A stretch of DNA of 64,000 nucleotides from Luteolibacter sp. (GTDB lineage: Bacteria; Verrucomicrobiota; Verrucomicrobiia; Verrucomicrobiales; Akkermansiaceae). Positions 9,730-18,943 of this stretch are shown one piece after another; position 1 is the stretch's first letter, and each line of letters opens with the position of its first letter. Location: contig CBFHVO010000004.1 in the NCBI GenBank assembly GCA_965659125.1, forward strand, positions 6,032 to 70,031. The letters run 5' to 3'. The notes under the pieces were generated by a model, which made no database searches, was not told the DNA's origin, and saw nothing but the letters and a program-made list of their open reading frames with translations. A program made the position numbers and the translations under genes.

Positions 9730-9823
9730 CGCCTTTTGTATTCAAGAGGATGCCTTGAATCCCACCTCATTGACGCATACGGCCTTGATAAGAGCTGGCG
9801 CCTTTTGCAGTATACCCAAGCCC

Positions 9824-12334
9824 ATGCCCTGTGCCTGTTTTGCAGCCCCATTTTGCATCTCTTTTTGCCTTTCTTTGTCGCTGGCTCTCTTTTTTTCAGC
9901 CTGCAAGCCCAAGCAGCAGGATGAAGCGGAGACTGCACCCAATGATGCCGGGCAGGAAGCGATGCTGGTCACGGCACCCGCCCCGCTTTCTTTTAACTCG
10001 GATATTCGGCCCATCCTCTCGGACAAGTGCTTTGCCTGCCACGGCTTTGACGAGAAGACCCGTGAGGAAGACCTTCGTCTCGACACCCACGAGGGCGCGA
10101 CTGAAGACCTCGGCGGCTATGCGGCGATCGTGCCGGGCAATCGCAAAAAGAGCGAGGTGTGGATTCGCATCACCGACCGCGAAGACCCGATGCCGCCGCT
10201 CAAGTATCATGGCCAAGGGTTTCACAAGACCCTGAGCGAAGAGGAGATTGAGTTGATTGGCCGCTGGATCGATGAGGGCGCGCCCTACGAGGATCACTGG
10301 GCCTACACGCCGGTGGAAAAGCCCGAAGCGCCCAAGGCGGCAAATCCCTTGGACGGCTTTATCCAAGCCAAGCTCAAGCCACGCGGCATCAAGCCTTCGC
10401 CCCGGGCCGATGAACGCACCTTGCTACGCCGCGTCACCTCCGATCTCACGGGTCTTCCACCGACCCCACAACAGGCGGCCGCCTTCATGGCAGATGAGTC
10501 GCCGGATGCTTACGAGAAATACGTCGAGAGTCTCATGGCCAGTGAGGCCTACGGTGAGCATCTTGCCGTGTGGTGGCTCGATCTGGTGCGCTACGCCGAC
10601 ACCATCGGCATTCACAGCGACAACCCGCGAAACGTTTGGCCCTACCGCGATTGGGTGATCCAGTCGCTCAACGATAACATGCCATTCGATCAGTTCAGCA
10701 TCATGCAGTTGGCCGGTGACCTGATGCAGGATGAACCGACCACCGATCAACTGATTGCCAGCGCCTACAATCGCCTCAACCTCGCCACCGAAGAGGGAGG
10801 AGCGCAGGCCAAGGAATACCAGGTGATTTACAACGTCGACCGCGTCACCAACTACGGTGAGGTCTGGCTTGGCTCTTCAACCGGATGTGCGCAATGCCAC
10901 GATCACAAGTTCGATCCCATTAGCATGGAGGACTTTTACACGCTCGCTGCCTTCTTCGGCAGTCTGAACGGAGCGGCCGTCGGTGTGGAGCGCGGTTATC
11001 CCAAGCACGAGCCGCCCTACATCTTCCTGCCCAAGGACGAAGCGGAGAAAAAGCAGATTGCCGACGTCGAAAAACGCTACCGCGAGTTCATCGACAAATA
11101 CCCCGATGCTCCCTTGATCGAGGAATACTTTGGCAGTCGCGGCAACGCCCGCCCGGCATTGCCCGAGGGCGGCATGCCGAGTTGGGGCAAGGACTTTGAG
11201 AAATTACTGGGTGAGCGCCACAAGTTGGCCGAGAAAATCAACACCATTCCTGTCGCTCGCGATCTCAATACGCCGCGCATCGTGCGCAAGCTGGCTCGTG
11301 GTAACTGGCAGGACGAAAGTGGCGAGATCATGAGTCCTGCCACCCCGCGCTTCCTGGGTGGCCCGCGTTCAACCGAGGACAAGCGCGTGAACCGCCTCGA
11401 TCTGGCCAAGTGGACCGTCTCCAAGGACAACCCGCTTGCGGCGCGCGCCGTGGTCAACCGCCTGTGGGCCCGCTACATGGGCAGCCCGCTTTCAAGCAAC
11501 CCCATCGACCTGGGCAGTCAGGGCACGGCTCCCACCCACCCGAATCTGCTCGATTGGATGGCTGCTGAATTCATGGAGCAGGGCTGGGACCTGAAGCACA
11601 TGATCAAGCTCATCGTTACCAGCGACACCTACCTGCAGTCCTCCGATGCTCGTGCTGATCTGGCCGATATCGACCCGGACAACAACAAGCTCTTCGCCCG
11701 CCAATCGGCCATCCGTCTGCCGGCGGAGGTCATGCGTGATCAGGCGCTCGCTGTCTCGGGGCTGCTCAAGCCGCGGGTGGGTGGACCCAGCGTTTTCCCG
11801 TATCAGCCTGATGGTCATTGGGACGCTCTCAACTTCCCGAGACGCAAGTGGCCCACCAGCAAGGGCGACGACCTCTATCGCCGCGGCATGTACACCTGGG
11901 TGCAGCGCAGTTTCCCGCATCCGCAGATGGTGACCTTCGATGCACCCTCGCGTGAGCGCTGTATCGGAGAGCGCTTTCCGGCAACCACGCCGCTGCAGGC
12001 CCTGGCCCTGCTCAACGGGCCGGCCTTTGTGGAATCGGCCCGCGTGCTCGCGCAACGCCTCATCACCGAGGGCGAGGATGATGCAAGTCGCTTGGAGATT
12101 CTCTATCGCAAGGTGCTCAACCGCTCGCCGCGCACTGAGGAGATGGCCAAGCTAAACGACCTGCTCACCAGTCAGCGTGAGCATTTCAGTGCCAAGCCCG
12201 AAGACGCCGCCAAACTGGCTGGCGCCGGGGAGGCCATGCCCGTATCTAACGACCTCAAACCCGTGGAAGTTGCCGCGTGGACCAGCCTCTGTCGCGTGGT
12301 TCTCAACCTTCACGAAACCATCACCCGAAACTAA
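9824..12334 (+). CDS. PSCyt1 (heme-c CxxCH) / DUF1549 (PSCyt2) / DUF1553 (PSD1) lipoprotein
   Basis: Lipobox-like signal MPCACFAAPFCISFCLSLSLALFFSAC. 'IRPILSDKCFACHG' is the planctomycete cytochrome c domain. 'LLRRVTSDLTGLPPT' and '[12 protein letters not shown]' are DUF1549 hallmarks, and the C-terminal region is DUF1553-like. Confidence 0.85.
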   Translation: MPCACFAAPFCISFCLSLSLALFFSACKPKQQDEAETAPNDAGQEAMLVTAPAPLSFNSDIRPILSDKCFACHGFDEKTREEDLRLDTHEGATEDLGGYAAIVPGNRKKSEVWIRITDREDPMPPLKYHGQGFHKTLSEEEIELIGRWIDEGAPYEDHWAYTPVEKPEAPKAANPLDGFIQAKLKPRGIKPSPRADERTLLRRVTSDLTGLPPTPQQAAAFMADESPDAYEKYVESLMASEAYGEHLAVWWLDLVRYADTIGIHSDNPRNVWPYRDWVIQSLNDNMPFDQFSIMQLAGDLMQDEPTTDQLIASAYNRLNLATEEGGAQAKEYQVIYNVDRVTNYGEVWLGSSTGCAQCHDHKFDPISMEDFYTLAAFFGSLNGAAVGVERGYPKHEPPYIFLPKDEAEKKQIADVEKRYREFIDKYPDAPLIEEYFGSRGNARPALPEGGMPSWGKDFEKLLGERHKLAEKINTIPVARDLNTPRIVRKLARGNWQDESGEIMSPATPRFLGGPRSTEDKRVNRLDLAKWTVSKDNPLAARAVVNRLWARYMGSPLSSNPIDLGSQGTAPTHPNLLDWMAAEFMEQGWDLKHMIKLIVTSDTYLQSSDARADLADIDPDNNKLFARQSAIRLPAEVMRDQALAVSGLLKPRVGGPSVFPYQPDGHWDALNFPRRKWPTSKGDDLYRRGMYTWVQRSFPHPQMVTFDAPSRERCIGERFPATTPLQALALLNGPAFVESARVLAQRLITEGEDDASRLEILYRKVLNRSPRTEEMAKLNDLLTSQREHFSAKPEDAAKLAGAGEAMPVSNDLKPVEVAAWTSLCRVVLNLHETITRN

Positions 12335-12336
12335 CG

Positions 12337-13827
12337 ATGTCTCATCAAGCGCAACACCCCTTCCAAATGAAGAAGGTTCTCATGGAGCGAGCCCACGCCG
12401 AGGAGTGCCTGCTCAGCCAGACCCGCCGAAAGTTTTTGACGAGTGCCTTCGGTTCGGTCGGCTCATTGGCGCTTGGCTCCATGATGGGATCCAAGTTGAT
12501 GGCGGCCACTGGGCGCGAGCTCGCCGAGGGCCTGCCCGCGGGCGCGAAACCCTTCCTCACTCATGCCCCCAAGGCGAAGCGGGTGATTCACCTCTGCATG
12601 GCGGGTGGGCCCAGCCACCTCGAGACCTTCGACTACAAGCCGACGCTCAGAAAGATGCACAATCAGGCCATGCCGGAGTCCCTGACCAAGGGCCAGCCCA
12701 TTGCGCAGCTGCAGGGTCAGGCGCTCAAGGCCTTCGAGCCGCAAACCACTTTTACCAAATGCGGCAAGGCCGGCATCGAAATCGCCGACATCTTTCCCAA
12801 CATCCAGAAGCTTGCCGACAAGATTTGTGTGATCAAGTCGATGAAGACCGAGCAGATCAACCACGACCCGGCGCACACCTTCTTCAACACCGGCACCATT
12901 CGCCCGAACAATCCCAGCATCGGCTCTTGGCTGCTCTACGGCTTAGGCTCCATGAACGAGAACCTTCCCGGTTTTGTCGTGCTGACTTCGCAGGGCGGTG
13001 GTCAGGGTCAGCCCATCTCGGCGCGCCAATGGCACAATGGCTTTCTGGACAGCAAGTATCAGGGCGTGAAGCTCAATTCGGTTGGGGATCCGGTCTACTA
13101 CGTCGGCTCGCCTGACGGTGTCTCCAATCCCTGCCAGTCCGAGGTCATCGAGGCCATCAATCAACTCAATCAGGATCACGCCAAGGTGGTCGACGATCCC
13201 GAGATTTCGAGTCGCATCGCCCAGTATGAACTGGCCTTCCGCATGCAGATGGCAGTACCCGAACTCACCGATTTCTCAGACGAGAATTCCAAGACTATTG
13301 AACAATACGGCTGCACTCCCGGTGACGGATCCTTTGCCAGCAACTGCCTGCTCGCACGTCGCATGGCCGAGCGCGGTGTGCGCTTTATCCAGCTCTATCA
13401 CCGCGGATGGGATCATCACGGCGGCATCCGCAAGCGTATCCCCGGTGCGGCCAAGATGGTCGATCAAGGCACTTGGGCCCTGATCAACGATCTCAAGCAG
13501 CGTGGCATGCTTGACGATACCCTCATCATCTGGGGCGGGGAGTTCGGCCGCACGCCCATGGCGCAGGGCGACGGACGCGACCACCACATCAAGGGTTACT
13601 CCATGTTTCTTTGTGGCGGTGGTATCCAGCCAGGTATCACCTACGGCAACACCGATGACTTCGGCTACAACGCCGTCGAGGATGTGGTTCATGTCCGCGA
13701 CCTCCACGCCACCATGCTCCATCAACTGGGCATCAACCACGAAAGGATGACCTTCAAGCATCAAGGCCTGGATGCCCGCCTGACCGGTGTCGAGCCCTCC
13801 AAGATCCTCAAGGGGATCATTGCCTGA
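12337..13827 (+). CDS. DUF1501 protein (sulfatase/alkaline-phosphatase-like fold) with a twin-arginine signal
   Basis: The ATG lies 2 nt after the upstream stop. Tat motif 'TRRKFLTSAFGSVGSLALG'. Conserved DUF1501 blocks are '[18 protein letters not shown]', 'WDHH' and 'GGEFGRTP'. Confidence 0.85.
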   Translation: MSHQAQHPFQMKKVLMERAHAEECLLSQTRRKFLTSAFGSVGSLALGSMMGSKLMAATGRELAEGLPAGAKPFLTHAPKAKRVIHLCMAGGPSHLETFDYKPTLRKMHNQAMPESLTKGQPIAQLQGQALKAFEPQTTFTKCGKAGIEIADIFPNIQKLADKICVIKSMKTEQINHDPAHTFFNTGTIRPNNPSIGSWLLYGLGSMNENLPGFVVLTSQGGGQGQPISARQWHNGFLDSKYQGVKLNSVGDPVYYVGSPDGVSNPCQSEVIEAINQLNQDHAKVVDDPEISSRIAQYELAFRMQMAVPELTDFSDENSKTIEQYGCTPGDGSFASNCLLARRMAERGVRFIQLYHRGWDHHGGIRKRIPGAAKMVDQGTWALINDLKQRGMLDDTLIIWGGEFGRTPMAQGDGRDHHIKGYSMFLCGGGIQPGITYGNTDDFGYNAVEDVVHVRDLHATMLHQLGINHERMTFKHQGLDARLTGVEPSKILKGIIA

Positions 13828-13833
13828 GCCTTA

Positions 13834-14676
13834 CTAGCCTAGGATCTCAATCCCTTCGCCGTTGCCGAGGATGCGGCAGACCTGATCGACGCGCTCGCAT
13901 TCGGCCTCGAACTCGGCCGGATCGGCGGTGTTGAATTCAAACATGTCGAAGTGGTGGGGAATCACGAGGCCCGCGTCGATGGCTTTGCCCAGTTCGGCGG
14001 CTTCTTTCGGGTTCAAGTTGCCGGCCACGCGGCGCTCGGGCTTGTTGCCGTTGATGGGCAGGAAGGCGATGTCGGGGGCGAAACTCTTGAGAGTTTCCGC
14101 GAGGCCATCGTGCAGCAGGGTGTCGCCGCTGTGGTAGAGGCTCAGGTCGCCGATTTGGGCGACAAAGCCCATGAACTTGCAGTTGCCGTCTTCGTCGCGA
14201 TCAACCGTGTTGTGGGCTGCGGTGATGCCGTGGAAGGTGGCACCCGCGATCCCCACGGATTCACCAGCGTTGAGGTCGATCAGGCGATCTTCGTGTTCTA
14301 GGCCGAGGCGCTCCGCGATAAAGGTGTGGTTGGCGCGCGGTCCGAGAAGCTTGGCTTCGGGGTTGGCGGCAAACAGAGCCAGCAGGGTCTCTTTGTCGAG
14401 GTGGTCGGTGTGGTTGTGCGAAGTCGTGATGACGTCAATGCCCGTCAGTTTGGCGGGCTCGATCACCTTTTCGGTGACGCGCACGTGGGGCTTGTCGGTA
14501 TCCGCGTATTTGGTGGTCAGTGAATCCGAGAGGTAGGGGTCAAAGAGCACAGTGGTCGTTGGCGTGACCGCCAAAAAACCGCTCTGACCCAGCCACCAGA
14601 CCTTGGACTCGCCGTCCTCACGCGTCTGCGCGATGTCGGCGAGGAGAGCTTCGTCTTTTTGGTAAGCGGTTTTCAT
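13834..14676 (-). CDS. MBL-fold metallo-hydrolase (UlaG/COG2220-like)
   Basis: Carries the HxHxDH motif 'SHNHTDHLD', a later 'YHSGDT' and a C-terminal 'HH'. This is typical of short beta-lactamase-fold hydrolases. Confidence 0.8.
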   Translation of the reverse strand: MKTAYQKDEALLADIAQTREDGESKVWWLGQSGFLAVTPTTTVLFDPYLSDSLTTKYADTDKPHVRVTEKVIEPAKLTGIDVITTSHNHTDHLDKETLLALFAANPEAKLLGPRANHTFIAERLGLEHEDRLIDLNAGESVGIAGATFHGITAAHNTVDRDEDGNCKFMGFVAQIGDLSLYHSGDTLLHDGLAETLKSFAPDIAFLPINGNKPERRVAGNLNPKEAAELGKAIDAGLVIPHHFDMFEFNTADPAEFEAECERVDQVCRILGNGEGIEILG

Positions 14677-14681
14677 TTTTT

Positions 14682-14764
14682 AACCACGAATGACACGAAT
14701 GTTCACGAATACTTGGGTTCTGAAGATTCGAATCGATTCGTGTTGATTCGTGTCATTCGTGGTT
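14682..14764. repeat. Palindromic intergenic repeat (REP-like), copy 1, built from CACGAAT/ATTCGTG heptamers
   Basis: The left arm aaccacgaatgacacgaat is the exact reverse complement of the right arm attcgtgtcattcgtggtt. There are three forward and three reverse heptamers around a central spacer. It fills the whole gap between two same-strand genes. Confidence 0.85.
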
Positions 14765-14769
14765 TGAAA

Positions 14770-15822
14770 TCAGGAAATCCCCAATTCCTTCTTCACAAGG
14801 TTCACGCCAGCGACCTGATTGACCAGCTTGCGCTTGGCGGCCCAGCGGGCGGTTTGGCTAAGGCCACAGTCGGGGGCGAAGACCAGCTTGTCGGCGGGCG
14901 CGTATTCGAGGCAGCGCTTGACGCGGGCGGCGATGTCCTCGGGCGTTTCGATGTAGTAGCTCTTCACGTCAACAATGCCGACGGCGACGTCGGTCTTCTC
15001 CGCGATCTTGGCGATCAGCTCCAACTCGGCGAACTCGCGGCTGGCCATTTCGACGTGCATTTCATCACAGGTGAAGTCGAGGAAGTCGGGGAACATCGGA
15101 GCGATCTTGCGCAGGCCCACGGCGCGCGCCTTGAAGTTGCCGAAACAAAGGTGGGTGCAGATGCGGGCCTTGCCGACGATGCTCTCCACGGTGCGGTTGA
15201 AGATGTCGACAAAGCGCTTGGTGTCCTCCTTGTAGGCGTAGCAGCTCATTGAAGGCTCATCGACCGAGATCTCAGTGCAGCCGGCGGCGACCAGGTCTTC
15301 GAGTTCCTTGCGCACGATGGGCAAGAGGGCCTCGGTCAGCGCCCAGCGGTCTTTGTATTGATCGTTGGGCAGCAGGCGGCCGGTCATGGTGTAAGGGCCG
15401 GGAATGCTGGCCTTGAGGGTCACTTCCTTGTCGTGACCGACGGCCTTGTAGAGACGAACCAAGCGCTCGTATTCCTCAACGGCCCCGAGCCCATCGGGGG
15501 CGTGGAGTTCGCCGGTGACGGCGTGCTTACCGCGTTGGTCGTGTGCCGGCGGGCCGAACAAACGGGGCGAGGCGCTCTCCAGCTCGATGCCCTTGATGTA
15601 GCCGTAGAAGGAAAGGTTGAAGTCGAAGCGGGTCTGCTCACCGTCGGTGATCACATCAAGCCCGGCGGCCAGTTGATCGTGCATGGCGGTGATGACGGCA
15701 TCGTCCTGAGCCTCGGCGATATCATTGCTGCCGAACTGGCTGAGATGTTGAGTGGTGAATTCCAGCCAGCCGGGGAAAGGGTAGCTGCCAATGACAGTGT
15801 TGCGAAGTGGGTTGGATTGCAT
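14770..15822 (-). CDS. Cobalamin-independent methionine synthase (MetE) C-terminal-domain family protein, Zn-dependent thiol alkyltransferase type
   Basis: Has the 'IGSYPFPGW' N-terminus. Zn-ligand pattern is H-x-C ('CTHLCFGNF') and 'APDCGLS'. The ~350-aa size matches the short MetE-like 'methionine synthase II' family. Confidence 0.75.
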   Translation of the reverse strand: MQSNPLRNTVIGSYPFPGWLEFTTQHLSQFGSNDIAEAQDDAVITAMHDQLAAGLDVITDGEQTRFDFNLSFYGYIKGIELESASPRLFGPPAHDQRGKHAVTGELHAPDGLGAVEEYERLVRLYKAVGHDKEVTLKASIPGPYTMTGRLLPNDQYKDRWALTEALLPIVRKELEDLVAAGCTEISVDEPSMSCYAYKEDTKRFVDIFNRTVESIVGKARICTHLCFGNFKARAVGLRKIAPMFPDFLDFTCDEMHVEMASREFAELELIAKIAEKTDVAVGIVDVKSYYIETPEDIAARVKRCLEYAPADKLVFAPDCGLSQTARWAAKRKLVNQVAGVNLVKKELGIS

Positions 15823-15840
15823 GGGTTGAGGGGTGAGAGT

Positions 15841-16620
15841 TTAGGCGCCTAGGTTCTGGTAATACTTGGCAATGCGGCGGCCGTGTTCGTCGTAGGCGGC
15901 CTCAAAGAGTTCAGTGGCTTTTTCAGCACCCGTGATGATGGAGGCGGTGAGGACTTTGGGAGGCTGTCCACCAGCGGTGAGGCGCTTGGCGACTTCGGCT
16001 TTGATGCTGTTGACTAAGAGACAGCCACCGACGGTGGAGCCGGGAGCGACGGGAGTGTCGAGACCGTCGACGTAGACCATGGCGTCGCCGGCAGGCGCAC
16101 CCGTATCGAGCACGAGGTCGGCGAAGTCCTGCAGCTTCTTGCCACGCACGTCTTTGCTGGTGCTGGGCTCGCTGTGGTCCTTGCTGATCATGGCGACCAC
16201 CTTCACGCCGCGTTTCTGCAGGCCCTCGGCCATTTCGATGGGCACGATGTTGCAGCCCGAGGACGAAATGATGAGCGCCGAGTCAGTGTCGTTGATGTCG
16301 AAGTTGCGCAGGATGCGGTCGGCAAGACCGCTGATGTTCTCCAGGAACATGGCCTGACGCTGGCCATTGCAGCCGACGACTAGGTTGTGGAAGCTCAGTG
16401 AAAGCTCCACGATGGGGTTGAAGCCGGCGAAAGAGCCGTAGCGCGGCCACATCTCTTCGGTCATCATGCGCGAGTGGCCAGATCCGAAGACGTGAACCAT
16501 GCGCCCGGCGAGAATGGTTTTGGAAAACCAATCGGCAGCTTGGGCGATGGCGTCTTCCTGGGCGGCGACCTTGTCGATCAGTCCGCGGCATTTTTCTAAA
16601 TAGTCCTGTGTTGGTGTCAT
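15841..16620 (-). CDS. SIS (sugar isomerase) domain protein, UPF0309-like
   Basis: Blocks 'RMVHVFGSGHSRMM' and 'DSALIISSSGCN' are SIS-domain phosphosugar-binding blocks. The ~260-aa size is typical of the UPF0309 group. Confidence 0.75.
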   Translation of the reverse strand: MTPTQDYLEKCRGLIDKVAAQEDAIAQAADWFSKTILAGRMVHVFGSGHSRMMTEEMWPRYGSFAGFNPIVELSLSFHNLVVGCNGQRQAMFLENISGLADRILRNFDINDTDSALIISSSGCNIVPIEMAEGLQKRGVKVVAMISKDHSEPSTSKDVRGKKLQDFADLVLDTGAPAGDAMVYVDGLDTPVAPGSTVGGCLLVNSIKAEVAKRLTAGGQPPKVLTASIITGAEKATELFEAAYDEHGRRIAKYYQNLGA

Positions 16621-16634
16621 GAGATTTCTTTTTT

Positions 16635-16735
16635 AACCACGAGTGGCACGAATGTTCACGAATGCTTGGGTTCTGGAGATTCGAATCGATTCGTGTTGAT
16701 TCGTGTAATTCGTGTAATTCGTGTAATTCGTGGTT
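16635..16735. repeat. Palindromic intergenic repeat (REP-like), copy 2, with a 3x tandem 9-mer expansion
   Basis: Near-identical to copy 1, with a few substitutions. The right arm is expanded as attcgtgta x3. It again fills the gap between two same-strand genes. Confidence 0.85.
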
Positions 16736-16739
16736 CTTG

Positions 16740-17870
16740 CTAATCAATAATTTTGCAGTTGGGTCCAGCAACCTTGGCTTCACCAACTTTGACCTGACGG
16801 CCTTCGTCAACCGAGGCGATGAGGGCGAAGGCGGCTTCGAGTGAGCGTAGGTTGTGAGCGGCGGAGTTGTAGGGTTGGCGGTTTTCGGCAATCGCGCAGA
16901 GCAACTCGCCCATGGCACCACCAAAGCCCTCAGGCATCCAGTGGCCGTCGAGTTGCGGGCGGGCGATGCCTTCGGCGGTGATGAGTTGGAACTCGTGAGC
17001 CTCGAGTGGCTTACCAGTCGCTGAGATGCGTCCCTTGGTGCCGATGATCTCCACCGACTCGAAGGCGCCCTGTTTGACGCTGCCGTCGAGGTGAATGGTG
17101 GCCACGCCACCCTCGAAGGCGAGTTGGGCGGAACCGACCAGCGGCGGGGCAATCGTTTGTGAAGCCGAGCGCTGGATCATGGCGTTGGCGGTGTGTGCCG
17201 GGCGACTTGGACCACCAAAAAGGCAGCAGGCCATGTCGATCCAGTGGATGCCGAAGTCATACAAGAGTAGGTGGGGTATTTTCTCGAAGGGCGTGCCGGC
17301 CACCCAGCCGTGGTCCCAGCAGACCTGCAGGGTAACGGTCTGGACTTCGCCGATCAGACCCGCGTCGATGGCCAACTGGGCGTAGCGGAAGTAGGGAGCG
17401 AAGCGGCCGTTCTGGTTCACGGCCAGCAGGCGCCCTTCTTCCTCGGCAATGGCCACTAGCTTTTCTCCTAGTGCCAAATCGAGCACAAAGGGCTTCTGGC
17501 TGAGCACATGCTTGCCCGCGAGCAGGGCCTTTTCGATCCACTCGGCGCGCGGCTCGGCATGCAGTGCAATGTCGACGACTTCAATTGAGTCATCCGCGAG
17601 CAGCGCGTCACCATCGGTCAGGACTTTGGCCTCGGGAAAGAACTCGGCGGCCTTGGCCTTGGCGTTGTCTTCGTTGATGTCGCAGAGCGCCACGACATTG
17701 AGGCCCGCATTGCGGTAAGCGGTGAGGTGTTGCTCGGTGATGCCGCCGCAACCGATCAAACCGATGGCAGGGCAAGTGTCCGGAAACTGCGGACGATAAA
17801 GCAGCTCCGGAGCCGGCAGCTCTTGCTGCGAGTCATCGGACTTCAGGGCGTAGTTCTTGTCGTCGCTCAT
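16740..17870 (-). CDS. Gfo/Idh/MocA-family NAD(P)-dependent oxidoreductase
   Basis: Rossmann N-terminus 'IGLIGCGGITEQH', then 'HVLSQKPF'. The start ATG overlaps the upstream stop (ATGA at 17867-17870). Confidence 0.85.
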   Translation of the reverse strand: MSDDKNYALKSDDSQQELPAPELLYRPQFPDTCPAIGLIGCGGITEQHLTAYRNAGLNVVALCDINEDNAKAKAAEFFPEAKVLTDGDALLADDSIEVVDIALHAEPRAEWIEKALLAGKHVLSQKPFVLDLALGEKLVAIAEEEGRLLAVNQNGRFAPYFRYAQLAIDAGLIGEVQTVTLQVCWDHGWVAGTPFEKIPHLLLYDFGIHWIDMACCLFGGPSRPAHTANAMIQRSASQTIAPPLVGSAQLAFEGGVATIHLDGSVKQGAFESVEIIGTKGRISATGKPLEAHEFQLITAEGIARPQLDGHWMPEGFGGAMGELLCAIAENRQPYNSAAHNLRSLEAAFALIASVDEGRQVKVGEAKVAGPNCKIID

Positions 17871-18943
17871 GGTTCCACTTCCTCCCACTTCACGCTGCGC
17901 TTCTCAGTGGCGCTGAGCACGGCGGCGTCGACCAACTTTTGGCCGATGCGCGCGATCTCGGGGCAGAGCGGGCCGTCGATGGCCTCGCCCTTCTCGATTT
18001 TGTCGATCACGTAGGAAACGGGGTTGTGTAGCGGGAAGTCCAACTTAGGCGCGGGAATGTTCTCGCCCTCGGGGCAGGCTTCGGTCTGCAGGCGCACATG
18101 ATCCTCGTAGTCGTAGGATGCGATGGTGCCTTTTTCGCCGACCACCACGAAGCCACACTTGGGTTGGGGCTGGTGGATCCACGGATCGCTGAAGGTACCC
18201 CAGCGGGTTTCGAACTTGGAGAGGCCGGTGGCGTAGCGGGCGACGGTGATGCTGTGCTCGTCTACCTCAAGGCCCTCGGGCTCGTCGACGGTGGCGGTGA
18301 CTTCAATCGGCTCAGCACCATCGAGCAACCAGGTGCCCAGCGTGGTGCCGTAGCCGAGGTAGTCGAGTAGCGAGCCACCTCCTTTGGACTTGTGGTAGAA
18401 CCAGCTTTCTGACTTGGGGCCGGGGTCCTTTTCGATCTTGTCGGCACCATGGCGCAGCGGGCCGCGGTTGCCGTCGTAGTAGTGGACTTGGAGCACCTTG
18501 CCGATGCGGCCTTCGTGAATGAGTTCGTAGGTCTTGATGTGCGATTCGCACCAGCGCAGCGGCCAGTTGATGATGAGTTGTTTGTCCGCGGGCATGGCGG
18601 CGACCATGCGATCGGCTTCGGCTAGGGTGGCGGCGAATGGCTTTTCGACAAAGACGTGCACGCCGTAGGGCGCAACCTTCTCGACGTAGTTGGCGTGATC
18701 GGCGGTGGCGGGGCAGAGAATGACCATGTCCGGCTCACAGGCCTTCATGCATTCGTCGACGTCGGTGAAGACTTGGGACTCTGTGAGGCCGAAGTTCTCG
18801 ATGGCCTCTTTCATCCGCTCGGGCTGCTCGTCGCAGATGCCCACAATCTCCGCGTTGGGGTGCTCGTGCACCTGACGCAGGAGGTCGCCCATGTGGAAGT
18901 GGTCGAAGTTGATGCCGGCAATTTTCCAGGTCTTGTCGCTCAT
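17867..18943 (-). CDS. Gfo/Idh/MocA-family oxidoreductase (second copy, divergent)
   Basis: 'KIAGINFDHFHMGD...AEIVGICDE' and 'HVFVEKPF' are typical of this family. There is an ATGA overlap with the upstream ROK gene. Confidence 0.8.
   Translation of the reverse strand: MSDKTWKIAGINFDHFHMGDLLRQVHEHPNAEIVGICDEQPERMKEAIENFGLTESQVFTDVDECMKACEPDMVILCPATADHANYVEKVAPYGVHVFVEKPFAATLAEADRMVAAMPADKQLIINWPLRWCESHIKTYELIHEGRIGKVLQVHYYDGNRGPLRHGADKIEKDPGPKSESWFYHKSKGGGSLLDYLGYGTTLGTWLLDGAEPIEVTATVDEPEGLEVDEHSITVARYATGLSKFETRWGTFSDPWIHQPQPKCGFVVVGEKGTIASYDYEDHVRLQTEACPEGENIPAPKLDFPLHNPVSYVIDKIEKGEAIDGPLCPEIARIGQKLVDAAVLSATEKRSVKWEEVEP

Noticed and set aside
16283-17152. A 289-aa minus-strand ORF containing 'HELHELHELHE', and the small + ORFs 14659-15252 and 16662-16844 that span the intergenic repeats.
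   Set aside because: The odd peptide is just the translation of the CACGAAT/ATTCGTGTA repeat element. These ORFs overlap well-supported SIS and Gfo/Idh/MocA genes in other frames.
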